This document shows positions 40,560-52,599 of a stretch of 64,000 bases of DNA, one piece after another (position 1 is the stretch's first letter; each line of letters opens with the position of its first letter). Both the position numbers and the translations under genes were made by a program. The notes under the pieces were generated by a model that was given only the letters and a program-made list of their open reading frames with translations, searched no databases and was not told where the DNA came from. Origin of the DNA: Verrucomicrobiota bacterium (GTDB taxonomy: Bacteria; Verrucomicrobiota; Verrucomicrobiia; Limisphaerales; AAA164-E04); assembly GCA_047947115.1 (NCBI GenBank), contig CP170459.1, forward strand, positions 1,280,001 through 1,344,000, in the 5' to 3' direction.

Positions 40560-41876
40560 ATGAAAACGACACGCAGGAATTTCCTTAAATCCACGTCCGC
40601 CGTTGCTGCTGCGGCTCCTTTTATTCTTCCGTCCCGTATCTGGTCGGCAGATGTTAAACCGAACGATCGTATCACAATGGGATTCATTGGGATGGGTAAG
40701 CAAAACCAATATCTGCTGCATCATTTCATGAATCTCAAGGGAACCCAGGCGGTAGCGGTCTGCGATGTGGACACGACACGTCGTCAGGACGCCCGCAAGC
40801 GGGTGGAAGGTTTCTACGCGGATAAGAATGACGCTGCTTCTTTCAAGGGTTGTGAAGATTACAATGATTATCAAAAGCTCCTGGCCCGCGACGATATCGA
40901 TGCGGTTTGTATAGCAACACCGGATCATTGGCACGCGCTCATGACGATAGATGCCGCCAAGGCCAAGAAGGATATTTATTGTGAAAAACCTTTGTGTCAG
41001 TCCATTCGTGAAGCCCGGCGCATGGTCAATGCCGTCCGGTTCAACAAGCGTGTGTTCCAGACGGGCAGTATGCAGCGTTCATCTGAGGAGTTTCGTGTCG
41101 CTTGTGAACTGGTTCGCAACGGGATCATTGGTCCCATCTCGCGCGTCGAAGTCGCTGTAGGTGGTCCGGCCAAACCTTGTGATCTGCCGGAAGAGGAAAT
41201 GGAACCGGGATTGGATTGGGATCGCTGGCTTGGTCCGGCTCCCAAACGGCCTTTCAATTCTGTCTTGAGCCCACGTGGGGTACATAATCATTACCCTGCC
41301 TGGCGCCATTACCGCGAGTACGGTGGTGGCGGTGTGACCGATTGGGGAGCTCATCATTTTGATATCGCGCAGTGGGGGTTGGGGATGGACAACGAAGGCC
41401 CACGTCGAATCATTCCCTCCGAAAAACCCGAATCCGGCAGTGGTGTCAGGCTGGTCTATCAGAATGGCGTCGAAATGGTTCATGCTGAGGGCAATGGTGT
41501 GACATTTTACGGGAAGGACGGCAAAGTGAATGTCAACCGGGGTCAGTTCAAATTCTGGCTGGGTGACAAATTGATTGCGGACAACCGTAACCAGTGCAAG
41601 CAGATTGAGCAGGAATACCTGGCAGATGCCAAGGTGCGCTTGTATCGCAGTTCGGATCACAAGAAGGATTTTCTGGACTGCATGCGCACCCGCACCCGAC
41701 CGAATGCTGACGTTGAAATCGGCGCCCGCACGGTGACCGTTTGTCACCTGGTCAATCTTGCTTATTACCACAACCAGCCCATGCATTGGAACCCCTTCCG
41801 CGAGCAATTCATGAACGGTAAAGGTGACAAATCCTGGTTGGACGTCGAGCATCGTGCGCCTTATACATTTGGGTAA
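40560..41876 (+). CDS. Gfo/Idh/MocA oxidoreductase with Tat signal
   Basis: TRRNFLK, ATPDHWH, YCEKP and DWGAHHFD. Confidence 0.92.
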   Translation: MKTTRRNFLKSTSAVAAAAPFILPSRIWSADVKPNDRITMGFIGMGKQNQYLLHHFMNLKGTQAVAVCDVDTTRRQDARKRVEGFYADKNDAASFKGCEDYNDYQKLLARDDIDAVCIATPDHWHALMTIDAAKAKKDIYCEKPLCQSIREARRMVNAVRFNKRVFQTGSMQRSSEEFRVACELVRNGIIGPISRVEVAVGGPAKPCDLPEEEMEPGLDWDRWLGPAPKRPFNSVLSPRGVHNHYPAWRHYREYGGGGVTDWGAHHFDIAQWGLGMDNEGPRRIIPSEKPESGSGVRLVYQNGVEMVHAEGNGVTFYGKDGKVNVNRGQFKFWLGDKLIADNRNQCKQIEQEYLADAKVRLYRSSDHKKDFLDCMRTRTRPNADVEIGARTVTVCHLVNLAYYHNQPMHWNPFREQFMNGKGDKSWLDVEHRAPYTFG

Positions 41877-41904
41877 ATCTGCGGTGGCGCCAGTTAGATC
41901 GAAC

Positions 41905-42073
41905 CAGCCTGTCCCGCGACTGCGTGGATCCCTGTCCGTCCTTGAAGCGTTCATCCTTTTCTATGATGTCCGCTTTGGGAAGCCTTGAGTAAATCGATTG
42001 CCTACCGTCTTTTCGTCTGCGCAATCATGCACCTTCTGGCGAAGGCACCCACACAGGTTGGCACGATCTACCC
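41905..42073. repeat. REP-like cluster
   Basis: tcccgcgactgcgtggatccc (41912, identical to 62683); - gtgggtgccttcgccagaaggtg (family B); - gggtagatcgtgcc (family A). Confidence 0.6.
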
Positions 42074-42158
42074 AATCAAAACCTCGCGCTTGTTCGCTTG
42101 CTACCGGCGCGCATAAGCGATAGGTTGATGTCGTACATTCCCTGAGTATCATTTCATA

Positions 42159-44672
42159 ATGCTCGGAGGTGTATTTGATTCAAGGAACCATGCTATGCAG
42201 ACCTTAGTTCGAATTTTTGTTGGTTTTACGATTGGCACGCTTCTTGGCGGCTCTGTTGAGTTGCGGGCAGCGGATGCCATTGATTTCAGTCGCGATATTT
42301 CACCCATCTTATCCAAGAAATGTTTTCAATGTCATGGGCCGGATGAGGGGCATCGCAAGGGAGATCTTCGATTGGACAAACCGGATGCACTTGACGGTCC
42401 ATTCGCCGATCATGACGGCTATCAGGCCATCGTTCCGGGTAATTTGGAAAAAAGTGATTTATGGTACCGGGTCACCACGGATGATGAGGATGACCTGATG
42501 CCACCCGAGAAATCCAATCTGGCCGCATTAACCGATAACGAAAAAGCACTGATCAAACAATGGATCGAGGAAGGTGGCAAGTATGACACCTTCTGGGCGT
42601 TTATTCCGCCCACTCGTCGCGATCTGCCTGTGGTGGACTCCGAACGATGGGGGCAGAGCGCGATTGACCGGTTCATCATGGATCGATTGGTTCGGGAGGG
42701 ACTAACTCCCAACCCCAGAGCCGATCGACGCACATTGATTCGTCGATTGAGTCTGGATCTGACCGGATTGCCGCCCACGCGCGAGGAAATCCGGGCCTTC
42801 CTGGAAGATACTTCCGACACTGCCTACGAAGATCTGGTGGATCGCCTGCTTGGAAGTCCGCGCTATGGTGAGCACATGGCCAAGTATTGGTTGGATCTGG
42901 TTCGGTTTGCCGATACGAATGGTTTGCATCACGATCATTATCGCGACATGTCACCTTATCGTGAGTGGGTGATTCGCGCGTTCAACGAGAATCTGGGTTA
43001 TGACGACTTTTCATCCTACCAGATTGCCGGAGATCTTTATGATTCCCCCTCCACTGATCAATTGGTTGCATCGGGTTTCAACCGCCTGCATCTCGTCATC
43101 GATGTAGGAACGGCGTTGCCGGAGGAAAGTTACACCCGCAACGTGATGGATCGGGTCACCGCTTTTGGCACCGCTTTCATGGGCTTGTCGGTTCAGTGTG
43201 CCAGTTGTCATGATCACAAATTTGATCCGGTGACCATGAAGGATTTCTACCAGTTATTCGCTTTTTTCAACAATTTTGATGGAGAACCGGAAACTGGTGG
43301 ACGAAACGGTTTGGATTTCAAACGCGGCTTGCAGAAACCTTACATCGAGTTGCCCTCGCCGCAGCAGTCGGCTCAGTTAGAGGCTTATGATCAAGAAATC
43401 CAATCTGTGGAAAGCAAGATCAAGGACCGGGAAGAAACCCTGGCACAGGCCGCTGAGAAAACTGAACAAGCCAATGAAGAGGGCAAGCCCAAGAAGCAGA
43501 CGGATCCCGACATTGAAACCTGGAAAAAGGAGCTGGATCGGCTGAAAAAGGAGCGCGACGAAGTGCAAATGGCGGTTCCCGCCGCTCTGGTGATGAAGGA
43601 GCGCGAAGAGATTCGTCCGGCATACATGCTCAAACGAGGTAATTACGATCAGTTGGGTGACGTGGTTCAACGGGACACACCCGGTTTTCTCCCACCCATG
43701 AAATCGGGTGCTGAACATAAAACGCGGCGAGACTTGGCGCGTTGGGTGGTTGATCCGTCCAATCCCTTGACCGCTCGCGTGGCTGTGAATCGGTTCTGGC
43801 AGCAGTGTTTCGGGATCGGTTTGGTGAAGACGTCGGAGGATTTTGGTGCACAAGGGGAACGCCCCAGCCATGCGGGTTTGTTGGATTATCTGGCTATGCA
43901 GTTCATCGAATCCGGGTGGGATATCAAACAGTTGATGCGCACTATTGTATTGTCCGAAACCTACCAGCAGTCTTCAGTGATCACACCTGAAAAACGAGCG
44001 AAAGATCCGGAGAACCGGTTGTTGGCACGGGGTGCCCGGTTCCGAATGGATTCGGAAATGATCCGGGATCATGTGTTGATGGTGAGCGGGCTGTTGAATC
44101 TTGAAATCGGCGGCAAGAGCGTCAAACCGCCCCAGCCGGCCAAACTATGGGAGATCGTTGCAATGCCCTATTCCTACCCAAGAGTCTATGAGCCGGATCA
44201 GGGCAAGAAAGCTTATCGGCGTAGTGTTTATACCTTCTGGAAACGTGCCCTGCCTCCTCCCCAGATGAGTATCTTTGATGCGCCCACACGGGAGGCGTGC
44301 ATTGCGAGGCGTGAACGTACGAACACTCCTTTGCAGGCTTTGCTGATGATGAACGAACCGGAGTATTTCCGCGCTGCGGCGGCGACTGCGCGGCAGTTGC
44401 TGAGTCGGAACGGGCTGAGTGATCAGGAGCGTATTCAGGTGGCATACGAATCCATTACATCCCGGCAACCCGGTTCAAGAACGACCGAAACTTTAAAGCA
44501 GGCGCTGGATGGATTCCGGCAGCTTTATGCGCAGGATAACGAGTCGGCTTCGACACTCATTGCTCATTACGTGGGAGATGGAGTCGAGGACGTTCAAGTC
44601 GGAGAATTGGCAGCCTGGACAATGCTGACTCATTCGTTGTTCAACCTCGACATTGTCAAAACACGTCAATAA
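42159..44672 (+). CDS. DUF1549/DUF1553 planctomycete cytochrome c domain protein
   Basis: [41 protein letters not shown] and TNTPLQAL. Confidence 0.93.
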   Translation: MLGGVFDSRNHAMQTLVRIFVGFTIGTLLGGSVELRAADAIDFSRDISPILSKKCFQCHGPDEGHRKGDLRLDKPDALDGPFADHDGYQAIVPGNLEKSDLWYRVTTDDEDDLMPPEKSNLAALTDNEKALIKQWIEEGGKYDTFWAFIPPTRRDLPVVDSERWGQSAIDRFIMDRLVREGLTPNPRADRRTLIRRLSLDLTGLPPTREEIRAFLEDTSDTAYEDLVDRLLGSPRYGEHMAKYWLDLVRFADTNGLHHDHYRDMSPYREWVIRAFNENLGYDDFSSYQIAGDLYDSPSTDQLVASGFNRLHLVIDVGTALPEESYTRNVMDRVTAFGTAFMGLSVQCASCHDHKFDPVTMKDFYQLFAFFNNFDGEPETGGRNGLDFKRGLQKPYIELPSPQQSAQLEAYDQEIQSVESKIKDREETLAQAAEKTEQANEEGKPKKQTDPDIETWKKELDRLKKERDEVQMAVPAALVMKEREEIRPAYMLKRGNYDQLGDVVQRDTPGFLPPMKSGAEHKTRRDLARWVVDPSNPLTARVAVNRFWQQCFGIGLVKTSEDFGAQGERPSHAGLLDYLAMQFIESGWDIKQLMRTIVLSETYQQSSVITPEKRAKDPENRLLARGARFRMDSEMIRDHVLMVSGLLNLEIGGKSVKPPQPAKLWEIVAMPYSYPRVYEPDQGKKAYRRSVYTFWKRALPPPQMSIFDAPTREACIARRERTNTPLQALLMMNEPEYFRAAAATARQLLSRNGLSDQERIQVAYESITSRQPGSRTTETLKQALDGFRQLYAQDNESASTLIAHYVGDGVEDVQVGELAAWTMLTHSLFNLDIVKTRQ

Positions 44673-44698
44673 GCACTCATCACAATCACAGAACGGTT

Positions 44699-46165
44699 AT
44701 GAATCCTTTGAATCCATTAAGTTCACTGCACCCTGTCCATCAGCTGGAAACCCTGCAGACGCGGCGGCGTTTTTTAAAGTTCTCAGCCATGGGATTGGGG
44801 GCGGCTGTGTTTGGTTCCATGCCAGTGAAAGGTTCCGGTTTGACCACGGTGCGCGGCACCCATTTTACTCCGAAAGCCAAGCGGGTGATCTTTCTTTTCA
44901 TGGCCGGGGCGCCCAGTCAGTTGGATTTGTTCGACTATAAACCGGACCTGCACAAGCAATTCAATCAACCTCTGCCCAAGTCCGTGAGCATGGGGCAGCG
45001 GGTGACTGCCATGACCAAAGGCCGGGATCAGATCGTGGCTCCTTCGATGTTTTCCTTTTCGCCCCGGGGCCAGAACGGGGTGTACATGTCCGAACTGCTG
45101 CCGCATTTGTCCAACGTGGTGGATGATCTCTGCATCATCAAATCCACCCACACCGACGCCATCAACCATGACCCGGCCAAAACCATGTTCTGCACGGGAT
45201 CTCAGATCCCCGGCAAAGCGAGCATGGGATCCTGGTTGAGTTATGGATTGGGCAGTATGAACAAGAATTTGCCTGATTTCATGGTGTTGAATTCCGCGTT
45301 CTGGACGGGGGGCACGGGCAATGTGCAGGCGCTGTACAGTCGTTTGTGGGGTTCGGGATTTCTTCCCTCCAAGCATCAGGGTGTTTCCTTGCAACCCGAG
45401 GGAGATCCGGTGCTTTTCCTTTCAAACCCAAATGGTGTGAATCGCGAAGGGCGCAGGAAGATGCTGGATTTGGTCACTCAACTGAATCAGCAGCACCTTG
45501 AGGAATTGGGGGATCCGGAAATCCAGACCACCATCGCCCAGCAGGAAATGGCCTTTCGCATGCAGGCTTCGGTGCCCGAGCTCACGGATCTTTCAGGGGA
45601 ACCTGATCATATCCTGGATTTGTATGGACCCGAAGTGAAGAAGAGTGGTTCCTTTGCCAGAAATTGTCTTCTGGCCCGTCGTATGATTGAACGTGATGTG
45701 CGCTTTGTACAGTTGTTTCACCGTGGATGGGATCATCATGTTGGTTTGCCCAAAAAAATCCGAGGTCAGGCTTTTGATGTTGACCAGCCTTGTGCAGCCT
45801 TGATTACCGACCTTAAAAACCGGGGGCTTCTCGACGAAACATTGATTGTATTCGGCGGCGAATTCGGTCGCACAACATTTGGTCAGGGAAATATCCAGCG
45901 AGACAATTACGGGCGCGATCATCATCCAAGATGTTTTACCACTTGGATGGCAGGTGGCGGCATCAAAGGCGGCATGACATACGGACAAACAGACGATTTC
46001 AGTTACAATATCGTCGAGAATCCGGTGCATGTGAATGATTTCAATGCGACGGTTCTGAACCAATTGGGTATCGATCACCAAAAACTGACCTTCCCGTTCC
46101 TTGGTCTCGAACAACGACTCACCGGCGTCACCGGAGCCAAGGTGGTGAAAGACATTATCGCGTGA
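44699..46165 (+). CDS. DUF1501 domain protein (Tat signal)
   Basis: [35 protein letters not shown] and GRDHHP; canonical partner of DUF1553. Confidence 0.93.
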   Translation: MNPLNPLSSLHPVHQLETLQTRRRFLKFSAMGLGAAVFGSMPVKGSGLTTVRGTHFTPKAKRVIFLFMAGAPSQLDLFDYKPDLHKQFNQPLPKSVSMGQRVTAMTKGRDQIVAPSMFSFSPRGQNGVYMSELLPHLSNVVDDLCIIKSTHTDAINHDPAKTMFCTGSQIPGKASMGSWLSYGLGSMNKNLPDFMVLNSAFWTGGTGNVQALYSRLWGSGFLPSKHQGVSLQPEGDPVLFLSNPNGVNREGRRKMLDLVTQLNQQHLEELGDPEIQTTIAQQEMAFRMQASVPELTDLSGEPDHILDLYGPEVKKSGSFARNCLLARRMIERDVRFVQLFHRGWDHHVGLPKKIRGQAFDVDQPCAALITDLKNRGLLDETLIVFGGEFGRTTFGQGNIQRDNYGRDHHPRCFTTWMAGGGIKGGMTYGQTDDFSYNIVENPVHVNDFNATVLNQLGIDHQKLTFPFLGLEQRLTGVTGAKVVKDIIA

Positions 46166-46172
46166 TTCAACG

Positions 46173-48815
46173 TCACGGTTCATCCGAACGATGTTGTCGG
46201 ATAAAAGCGACAATGTTGGCCACTTCTTTCGGTGTCAGTAGCTCACCAAATTGAGCAGGCATGATGGATACTTTGTGGGATCGGATGCGGTCGATGCGGT
46301 TTCGGAGGAAGGTGAGTTCCTGGCCGCCAGGGAAGCGCAGGGTGACGCTGGTCGGGGATTCGGATGCCATGAGGCCTTGGGCATCCGTCCCTCGGCGCAT
46401 CTCAAGTTGAATGGTTTCGAATCCTTCGGTGATCGTCTCGTTAGGAAACAGGATGTCGCGCACGATGGTTTCCGGGGCGCGTTGAAATTCTGAATCCAGA
46501 TTCGGTCCGGCCAGCTTGCCGAGTCCGCCCGCCTGATGACAGGAAGAGCAGTGTTCAGTGAACAGCTCACGCCCTTGTTCCATGTCGGTATCATTTTCCA
46601 ATGCTTTGAGGTAATCGGGGAGTTTTGATTCCAGTTTTTTCAGGGTTGCTTCATCAGGGAGTTCTGGAGCTTCCAATGCGATGCGTTCGAGTGTTTCTTG
46701 CGCGTCCACGAGGGCGGATTCAAGGATGCGGGTGTAGGTTTCGCGATGGGGTGGTTTGGCAAGGAATTTGACTGACGCCTGCGCCTTTTGAATTTGAATG
46801 CGGTTTCCTCGTGTCGCAATGGCTGCAACGAGCTGTTCCGCCAATGATTCGTTTGGCTTGCGGTGATGAAGGATTCGACCCAACAAGGCTTCCTCTCGTT
46901 GATAAACCGAACTCCCGATGGCGGTGTCCATCCAGCGAATGTCACTGTGTTGCTCGGCCAGATAAGCCAACGCATTGAGTGCTCCTTCGGTTGGGTAGCT
47001 GCCGAGACTCAGCGCAATCTGGAGGAGCAGACGTGGTTTTTGTCCGTAATGAACGATGTCCGATAGCCATTCTGCTGTTTCGATGGATCCGGTACTGTCT
47101 GGAGGCAATGCATCTCCGATGCGCAGGGCATGGCGTTTGACAGACCAGTGTTTGTGATTGAGCGCTCGTTTCAGAACACCGGTGTTCAGCGCGTTCAAGC
47201 CTTCCAATGTGTAAAGTGCATTGATGGCTGCTTCGGGTGCTGTGTCGGGATTCAGGTGTTCGATCAATGCTGAGTGTATTTGATCAGTCATTCGTTCGAT
47301 CAACAATCTGCGTGCGGTTTCTCGTCGCCAGGCATGTGGACTGCCGACTTCATTCGCCAGTTGGGCATCGAACAGATGCGACATTTTTGTTGACGGCGCT
47401 TTGGGGGCGCTCTGGTGGGTCAGTCGCCAGATTCGACCGTGGTGCATGCCGTTGGTCAATCCGTAGAGTTGCTGGAGGTAACGGGGGATGGCCGAGTAGT
47501 CCTCAATGATTTCTCGATAAAAATCGGTGATGTACATCGCACCATCAGGCCCATGACTCAGGTTCATGGGATGGAACCAGGTGTCCGAGGAGGCGAGAAA
47601 TTCCTGTTCAGATTCATTCTCCCCTCGGCGAAGGTGGAGTTCTGGGCCAACCCACTGTGGGACCGAGTGATGGATGAGGTTTTGTGCCGGTTCACAGGAG
47701 AAATTATGCCCACGGTAACTTTCAGGAAAAGCGATGTCGCGGTAGATGAAGGGCGAGCAAGCGGAGGTGAGATATCCGTTAGGGATCGATTCCGCCTTGC
47801 CATAGTGATCGGTGTAATATTTTGAAAAACCAGGATCATTGTAGCGGCGTGTGCGCCATGGGTGCGGGTTGGATGCGGGATAAGTGATTTGGTAGTTTGC
47901 GGCGTTGCGTTCGGTGGAGGGAGTGGGGAGTTCGAGATTGCGAGCCAGATAACGCCAGGGAAGGGGAATCACCTGGTAGCCCGGTGTCCCGGTGCTGATG
48001 GTGAGCCGATCGCCTTCGGCGGTGAAAGTGTGGCCGAACGTGCCGGTCGAGCCAAGGACAGGTTCAATGGCAGAGCCGTCTGCTTTGATACGGAAGTCCG
48101 TTCGCCCCAGTGCGACAGGTGCTTTCAGGTAGGGGCCGGTGATGGCGTCGGATTGACCGTTGGCACCGATGTAGATCCAGTTGTCGAGTCCCCATTGCGG
48201 GGCGTTTATGCGTCGTTCCAATACGCCCGTTCGGAAACCTGTGAACAGGCGTTCCCTCACATCGGCTACCCCGTCGTTGTCGAGATCCGCGAGGTAATAG
48301 ATGTCCGGAGCGCAGATGACGATGATGCCTTCCCGTGCCGCCACCATGCCGAAACAGGGTGGTAGGCCTGAAGCAAACAACGTGGCATGATCCATTCGCC
48401 CGTCGCCATCGGTGTCGGAAAGTTGTTTGATGCGCCCGAAGGTTTCGAGTTCGGCGCGGTTCTTGGCTTCGACGTCGGCTTGGATGCGTCGGACGATTCG
48501 GTCCAGTTTGCCGGTTTTGTTCAAGGCATCGATGTCATATTGGCCTTCCAGATTGTAGCCGTGAAGTTCACTGACATAAAGGTTGCCGTGCTCATCCCAG
48601 CATAGGCCAGAGGGTTCCTCGATCAGGGGTTCCGATGCGACCAGTTCCATTTGGAAACCTTGTGGGAGTTTGAAGGAATGGATGGCTTCGTCGGGTGACA
48701 TTGGCCTGGGGCCGTCCGTGGCGGGTTCGATCTGGGCGAATCCGTTGAGAACCAAAATGAACATCCATCCCGCGAACACCATGTCGCGTAGGATAACTGA
48801 GGCAAGGAAATGCAT
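46173..48815 (-). CDS. PVC-type heme-binding CxxCH / membrane-bound dehydrogenase domain protein
   Basis: ELVASEP, DTDGDGRMD, GPDGAMYITDFYR, HEAT-like region, C-terminal CSSCH and SIMP. Confidence 0.88.
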   Translation of the reverse strand: MHFLASVILRDMVFAGWMFILVLNGFAQIEPATDGPRPMSPDEAIHSFKLPQGFQMELVASEPLIEEPSGLCWDEHGNLYVSELHGYNLEGQYDIDALNKTGKLDRIVRRIQADVEAKNRAELETFGRIKQLSDTDGDGRMDHATLFASGLPPCFGMVAAREGIIVICAPDIYYLADLDNDGVADVRERLFTGFRTGVLERRINAPQWGLDNWIYIGANGQSDAITGPYLKAPVALGRTDFRIKADGSAIEPVLGSTGTFGHTFTAEGDRLTISTGTPGYQVIPLPWRYLARNLELPTPSTERNAANYQITYPASNPHPWRTRRYNDPGFSKYYTDHYGKAESIPNGYLTSACSPFIYRDIAFPESYRGHNFSCEPAQNLIHHSVPQWVGPELHLRRGENESEQEFLASSDTWFHPMNLSHGPDGAMYITDFYREIIEDYSAIPRYLQQLYGLTNGMHHGRIWRLTHQSAPKAPSTKMSHLFDAQLANEVGSPHAWRRETARRLLIERMTDQIHSALIEHLNPDTAPEAAINALYTLEGLNALNTGVLKRALNHKHWSVKRHALRIGDALPPDSTGSIETAEWLSDIVHYGQKPRLLLQIALSLGSYPTEGALNALAYLAEQHSDIRWMDTAIGSSVYQREEALLGRILHHRKPNESLAEQLVAAIATRGNRIQIQKAQASVKFLAKPPHRETYTRILESALVDAQETLERIALEAPELPDEATLKKLESKLPDYLKALENDTDMEQGRELFTEHCSSCHQAGGLGKLAGPNLDSEFQRAPETIVRDILFPNETITEGFETIQLEMRRGTDAQGLMASESPTSVTLRFPGGQELTFLRNRIDRIRSHKVSIMPAQFGELLTPKEVANIVAFIRQHRSDEP

Positions 48816-49152
48816 GTGGGAAGGCTATCCTTCCCAGGGCGGGTGGGCAAGCATGGTCTGGTTGCGATGGGTTCTTAAGAGGGATGCACGGGATGTGTTG
48901 GATCGTTCTATGCTTTGGGGAGTTGTGCTGTTTCCAATGTGACATGATGGTCGTTCGGATGTCATCAGGCTTGCGACGGGTTCAAGCCGGAGCTTCCCTT
49001 TGCGAAGGTTTTGGCGGGTGCGTTCCTGCTTAAACTTCCTGGCCTAGAATAAATAACAAACCAGCAGGTTTTACTTGGCCCGTTTTAAACATATCCTCAA
49101 AACTGGTTTGTGTTTCGGACCGTTATCGCTATGATGCGCGCCGGATATCGAT

Positions 49153-49533
49153 ATGGAAAAAAAGACTTTTTCACCGGATTGTTCGCCCAAGGCGATCGGA
49201 CCTTATAACCACGGATCACGGATTGGTGACTTACTGTTTACTGCGGGCCAGATCCCATTGGATCCGGCCACGACCAAAATTGTTGAAGGCGACATTCAGG
49301 CCCAGGCAACACGAGTGCTCGAAAACCTCAAGCTTCTGGTAGAAAGCGAAGGCCTGACATTGGCCAATGTCGTCAAGACTACCATTTTTATGGTGGATCT
49401 CGCCGAGTTTGCCCAGGTCAACGAGGTTTACGCCCGATTTTTCACGGAGAATTTTCCGGCCAGATCAACCATTCAGGTGGCCGCTCTCCCCATGGGTGCC
49501 CGGGTGGAAATCGAAGCCATTGCGCATTACTAA
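49153..49533 (+). CDS. ridA: RidA/YjgF family deaminase
   Basis: AIGPY, AGQIPLDP, FPARS and LPMGARVEIEA. Confidence 0.9.
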   Translation: MEKKTFSPDCSPKAIGPYNHGSRIGDLLFTAGQIPLDPATTKIVEGDIQAQATRVLENLKLLVESEGLTLANVVKTTIFMVDLAEFAQVNEVYARFFTENFPARSTIQVAALPMGARVEIEAIAHY

Positions 49534-49536
49534 ACC

Positions 49537-50910
49537 ATGCCAGAGTGGGCGTATTTGTTGATTGGACTGGGTTCCGGCGGATTGATTGGTTGGCTCTTTT
49601 CCTGGTGGTTGAATGCCTCGCGCCAAAACGAGGTTGCTTTGCGCCTGGAACAGGAACTGCGCGGTCAGCTGGAACAGCAGGAAGCCGAGATCAAATCGCT
49701 GCGCCAGGATCTTGAATCCCAGCGCACCGCCAAATCCACCGCCGAAGCCCGACTGGAATCCGCCGAAAAGTTTCAGGCAGAACAAAACCGGCTGCACGAG
49801 CAGAGTTTTCAACGCCTGAAGGAGGAACACGCGAAATCCCTCCAGGACCTGAAGGAATCCTTCAAAGCCTTGAGTTCCGACGCATTGAAGGAAACGCATC
49901 CTGTCTTTCTTCAACTTGCCAAGGAAACATTTGCGACTTTTCAGGAATCAGCCAAAGGAGATCTGTCCAAACGACAGGAATCGGTCGCTGCCCTGGTCAA
50001 ACCGCTTGAAGAGCAACTGAAGGTTTACCGCCAACAACTCAACGAAAGCGAACAATCACGTACCAAAACCTTCGGTGAACTCAAGCAACACCTGGAATCC
50101 CTGACCACCCAAAGCCAGAGCTTGTCCCAGGAAACATTGCAACTCCGACGCATTCTCAGTTCCAATCAGGCGCGCGGACGTTGGGGTGAGGAAACCTTGC
50201 GACGTGTGGTCGAAGCTGCCGGCATGAGCGCACACTGCGATTTCCAGGAGCAGGTTCAATCCGGCGATGCCAAACCAGACATGATCGTTCGCCTGCCGGG
50301 TGATCGCGTGATCGTGGTGGATGCCAAAGTCCCGGAGCTTGAGTTTGTCGGACAAATGGACGAGGCAGATCCGGTCAAGCGCTCCCAAATGCTCGCCAAC
50401 CACGCCTCCAAACTGCGGTTGACGATTCGTGATCTGGCGGGTCGGGATTATCCGGCACAATTCCCCAACGCATTGGATTTCGTTGTCTTGTTCCTGCCTG
50501 CTGAATCCCTGTTCAGCGCCGCCCTGGAGGCCGATCAGGAAATGATCGTCTGGGCCGCCGAGCGGAAAATTCTTCTGGCCACACCTGCATCGTTGATCGC
50601 GTTGCTTCGGTCGGTCAGCGTCAGTTGGAAACAACATGCCCAAACCGAAAACGCACGTGCCATCGCACAAGCCGCCGAAGAACTTTACAAACGCATCAGC
50701 GTTTTCGTGGATCACCTTGACAAAATCCGCGCCGGACTCGACACCGCAAGCAACGCCTACAACAAAGCCGTGGGAAGCTATGAACGATCGATTCGACCTA
50801 GCGGCGAACGCATTCTCAAACTGGCCAATCACGCCGAACAGGAGATGAAGGACCTCCCACCCTCTACCCAGGTCCTTAGGGATGCTCCCAAACCCAACCC
50901 TGAAGCATGA
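49537..50910 (+). CDS. rmuC: DNA recombination protein RmuC
   Basis: N-terminal TM, coiled coil, RGRWGE, PDMIVRLP, VDAKVP and FLPAES. Confidence 0.92.
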   Translation: MPEWAYLLIGLGSGGLIGWLFSWWLNASRQNEVALRLEQELRGQLEQQEAEIKSLRQDLESQRTAKSTAEARLESAEKFQAEQNRLHEQSFQRLKEEHAKSLQDLKESFKALSSDALKETHPVFLQLAKETFATFQESAKGDLSKRQESVAALVKPLEEQLKVYRQQLNESEQSRTKTFGELKQHLESLTTQSQSLSQETLQLRRILSSNQARGRWGEETLRRVVEAAGMSAHCDFQEQVQSGDAKPDMIVRLPGDRVIVVDAKVPELEFVGQMDEADPVKRSQMLANHASKLRLTIRDLAGRDYPAQFPNALDFVVLFLPAESLFSAALEADQEMIVWAAERKILLATPASLIALLRSVSVSWKQHAQTENARAIAQAAEELYKRISVFVDHLDKIRAGLDTASNAYNKAVGSYERSIRPSGERILKLANHAEQEMKDLPPSTQVLRDAPKPNPEA

Positions 50911-51686
50911 ACAGTTGGGACCAACGATTTGGCGGAATCGAACGCTTGTACGGTAAAGAAGCGTGTCAGCGTATCCGTGAAGCCCGCATCTGCATCATTG
51001 GTATCGGTGGCGTTGGTTCCTGGACCGTGGAAGCGCTGGCTCGCACGGGGATTGGTCACTTGACTCTGGTCGATATGGACGAAGTCTGCGTGACCAACGT
51101 CAACCGACAGGTACCTGCCGTCGATGGTGAAATGGGACACCTCAAAGTCGAAGCCATGGCACGCCGCATCCAGATCATCCACCCTGAATGCAAGGTGACC
51201 ACCAAGCCGATGTTCTACACCCAATCCACCTCGGATGTGATTCTCTCGGAGGATTACGATGTTGTTGTGGATGCCATTGATCGTTTGAACGCCAAATGTC
51301 ACCTCCTTAGCACCGCGCGCCAGAAGAAGTTGCCCATTGTGACAACAGGAGCGGCCGGCGGACGTCTGGACCCCTTCAAGATCCAGACCGCCGACCTCAG
51401 CAAAGCCCACCACGATCGGCTTCTGCAAAAAGTACGTAAACAGCTCAGAACCGAACACGGATTCCCGGCCAACAAACCTTTCGGCATCCCCTGCGTCTTC
51501 TCACCCGAACCCGCGAAAGGCCCCTGGGACCTGGAACAAAGCTGTGAAACAAGCGAATCCAATCAAGTATCAGGCAGACTGGGTTGCGCCGACGGTTACG
51601 GCAGCATCACCCACATCACCGGCACCTTCGGCTTCGCAACCGCCGCCCTGGCGGTTCAAATGGTGATCGAGCCAGACCCAGAGTAG
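50907..51686 (+). CDS. tcdA: tRNA threonylcarbamoyladenosine dehydratase
   Basis: GIGGVGSWTVEALARTG, NVNRQ, GAAGGRLDP, CVFSPE and TGTFG. Confidence 0.88.
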   Translation: MNSWDQRFGGIERLYGKEACQRIREARICIIGIGGVGSWTVEALARTGIGHLTLVDMDEVCVTNVNRQVPAVDGEMGHLKVEAMARRIQIIHPECKVTTKPMFYTQSTSDVILSEDYDVVVDAIDRLNAKCHLLSTARQKKLPIVTTGAAGGRLDPFKIQTADLSKAHHDRLLQKVRKQLRTEHGFPANKPFGIPCVFSPEPAKGPWDLEQSCETSESNQVSGRLGCADGYGSITHITGTFGFATAALAVQMVIEPDPE

Positions 51687-51795
51687 AATTCTGAGGTCGG
51701 AAGATGGAGATCCGGTTGGCAACCATCCATATGATAAGGACGCATAGATCAGTAGCGTTTGCTCGTTTATCGGAATGGTAGACGTTTGAGCACTC

Positions 51796-51983
51796 TGGAG
51801 TGCGGTGAGTCATCACCGCTCTGGATACTCCAGGGAAACGTCATAGTTCCCTGATTATATATACCAACACCACCACCCGGCTTCTGACAGAATCCATTTG
51901 AGTGAATGTTTACCCCCATGGAATTTAAGCACTACCTGGGTATGGGGATCGTATCCAAAGCGGTGATGCTCACCTCACTCCAA
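51796..51983. repeat. Inverted pair of REP-like elements (family C)
   Basis: tggagtgcggtgagtcatcaccgctctggatac (51796-51828) and near reverse complement gtatccaaagcggtgatgctcacctcactccaa (51951-51983). Confidence 0.8.
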
Positions 51984-52015
51984 AAAACGATCGCGTTAAG
52001 TCACGTTTTGCGGAA

Positions 52016-52031
52016 AGGCATGAGGTTTGCT
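52016..52031 (+). promoter_or_regulatory. Candidate sigma54 promoter
   Basis: aGGCATGaggtTTGCt has GG-N10-GC spacing and is close to consensus. Confidence 0.4.
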
Positions 52032-52099
52032 GTATGACCTCGCTCATCTGCAAAGCTCCACATTCAAAGAGCAGAAAAGGTCTCTACCATGCTCCAGGC

Positions 52100-52372
52100 A
52101 TGACTGAGCTCATCCCATACTTGCGACTTCAAAACAAGCGCAAATTGGTGGCCTTCATGCGTTCGATTTACAATTATCAGATGCGTATTGATTGGAGTGA
52201 AATCATCGAATTTCAAACAGGGTGTTTAAGAAAGGGCATCAAAGGCATGGGTGTTCCCGATTTACTGATAGCTCAAAACGCCATTCAAAATCAGTGTGAA
52301 GTGTTTTCTTTGGATCAGCATTTTAATTTGATGAAAGATTCCTTAAAGCTGAGAATATGGAATTCCTTGTGA
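52100..52372 (+). pseudogene. N-terminally truncated PIN/VapC toxin
   Basis: PDLLIAQNAIQ...FSLDQHF PIN C-terminal motifs; first-strand D[TS]SVW motif and antitoxin absent. Confidence 0.7.
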
Positions 52373-52599
52373 GCGTATCGACGTGTTTTTTGTAAGCAAT
52401 GCCAAATAAATTTGGAACAAATTTTGTGACGGCGTTGTTTGCATTTTTGAATCTCCTTTTGGTCGGGTTTTGTTTGTCTTGGTGATCATCGTTTCTGCTG
52501 GCTGCATTCATTTGGTTTCCAAAGAAAGCAAGGATGATGGAGTCTCATCATGGTGATTGCTTTTATGGAATTTGTTGGTAGGTTTCCCGCTCGGAGGAA

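Noticed and set aside
41079..51458. Minus-strand ORFs 41079-41954, 50056-50832 and 50829-51458
   Set aside because: They lie antisense to well-supported Gfo/Idh/MocA, rmuC and tcdA genes.
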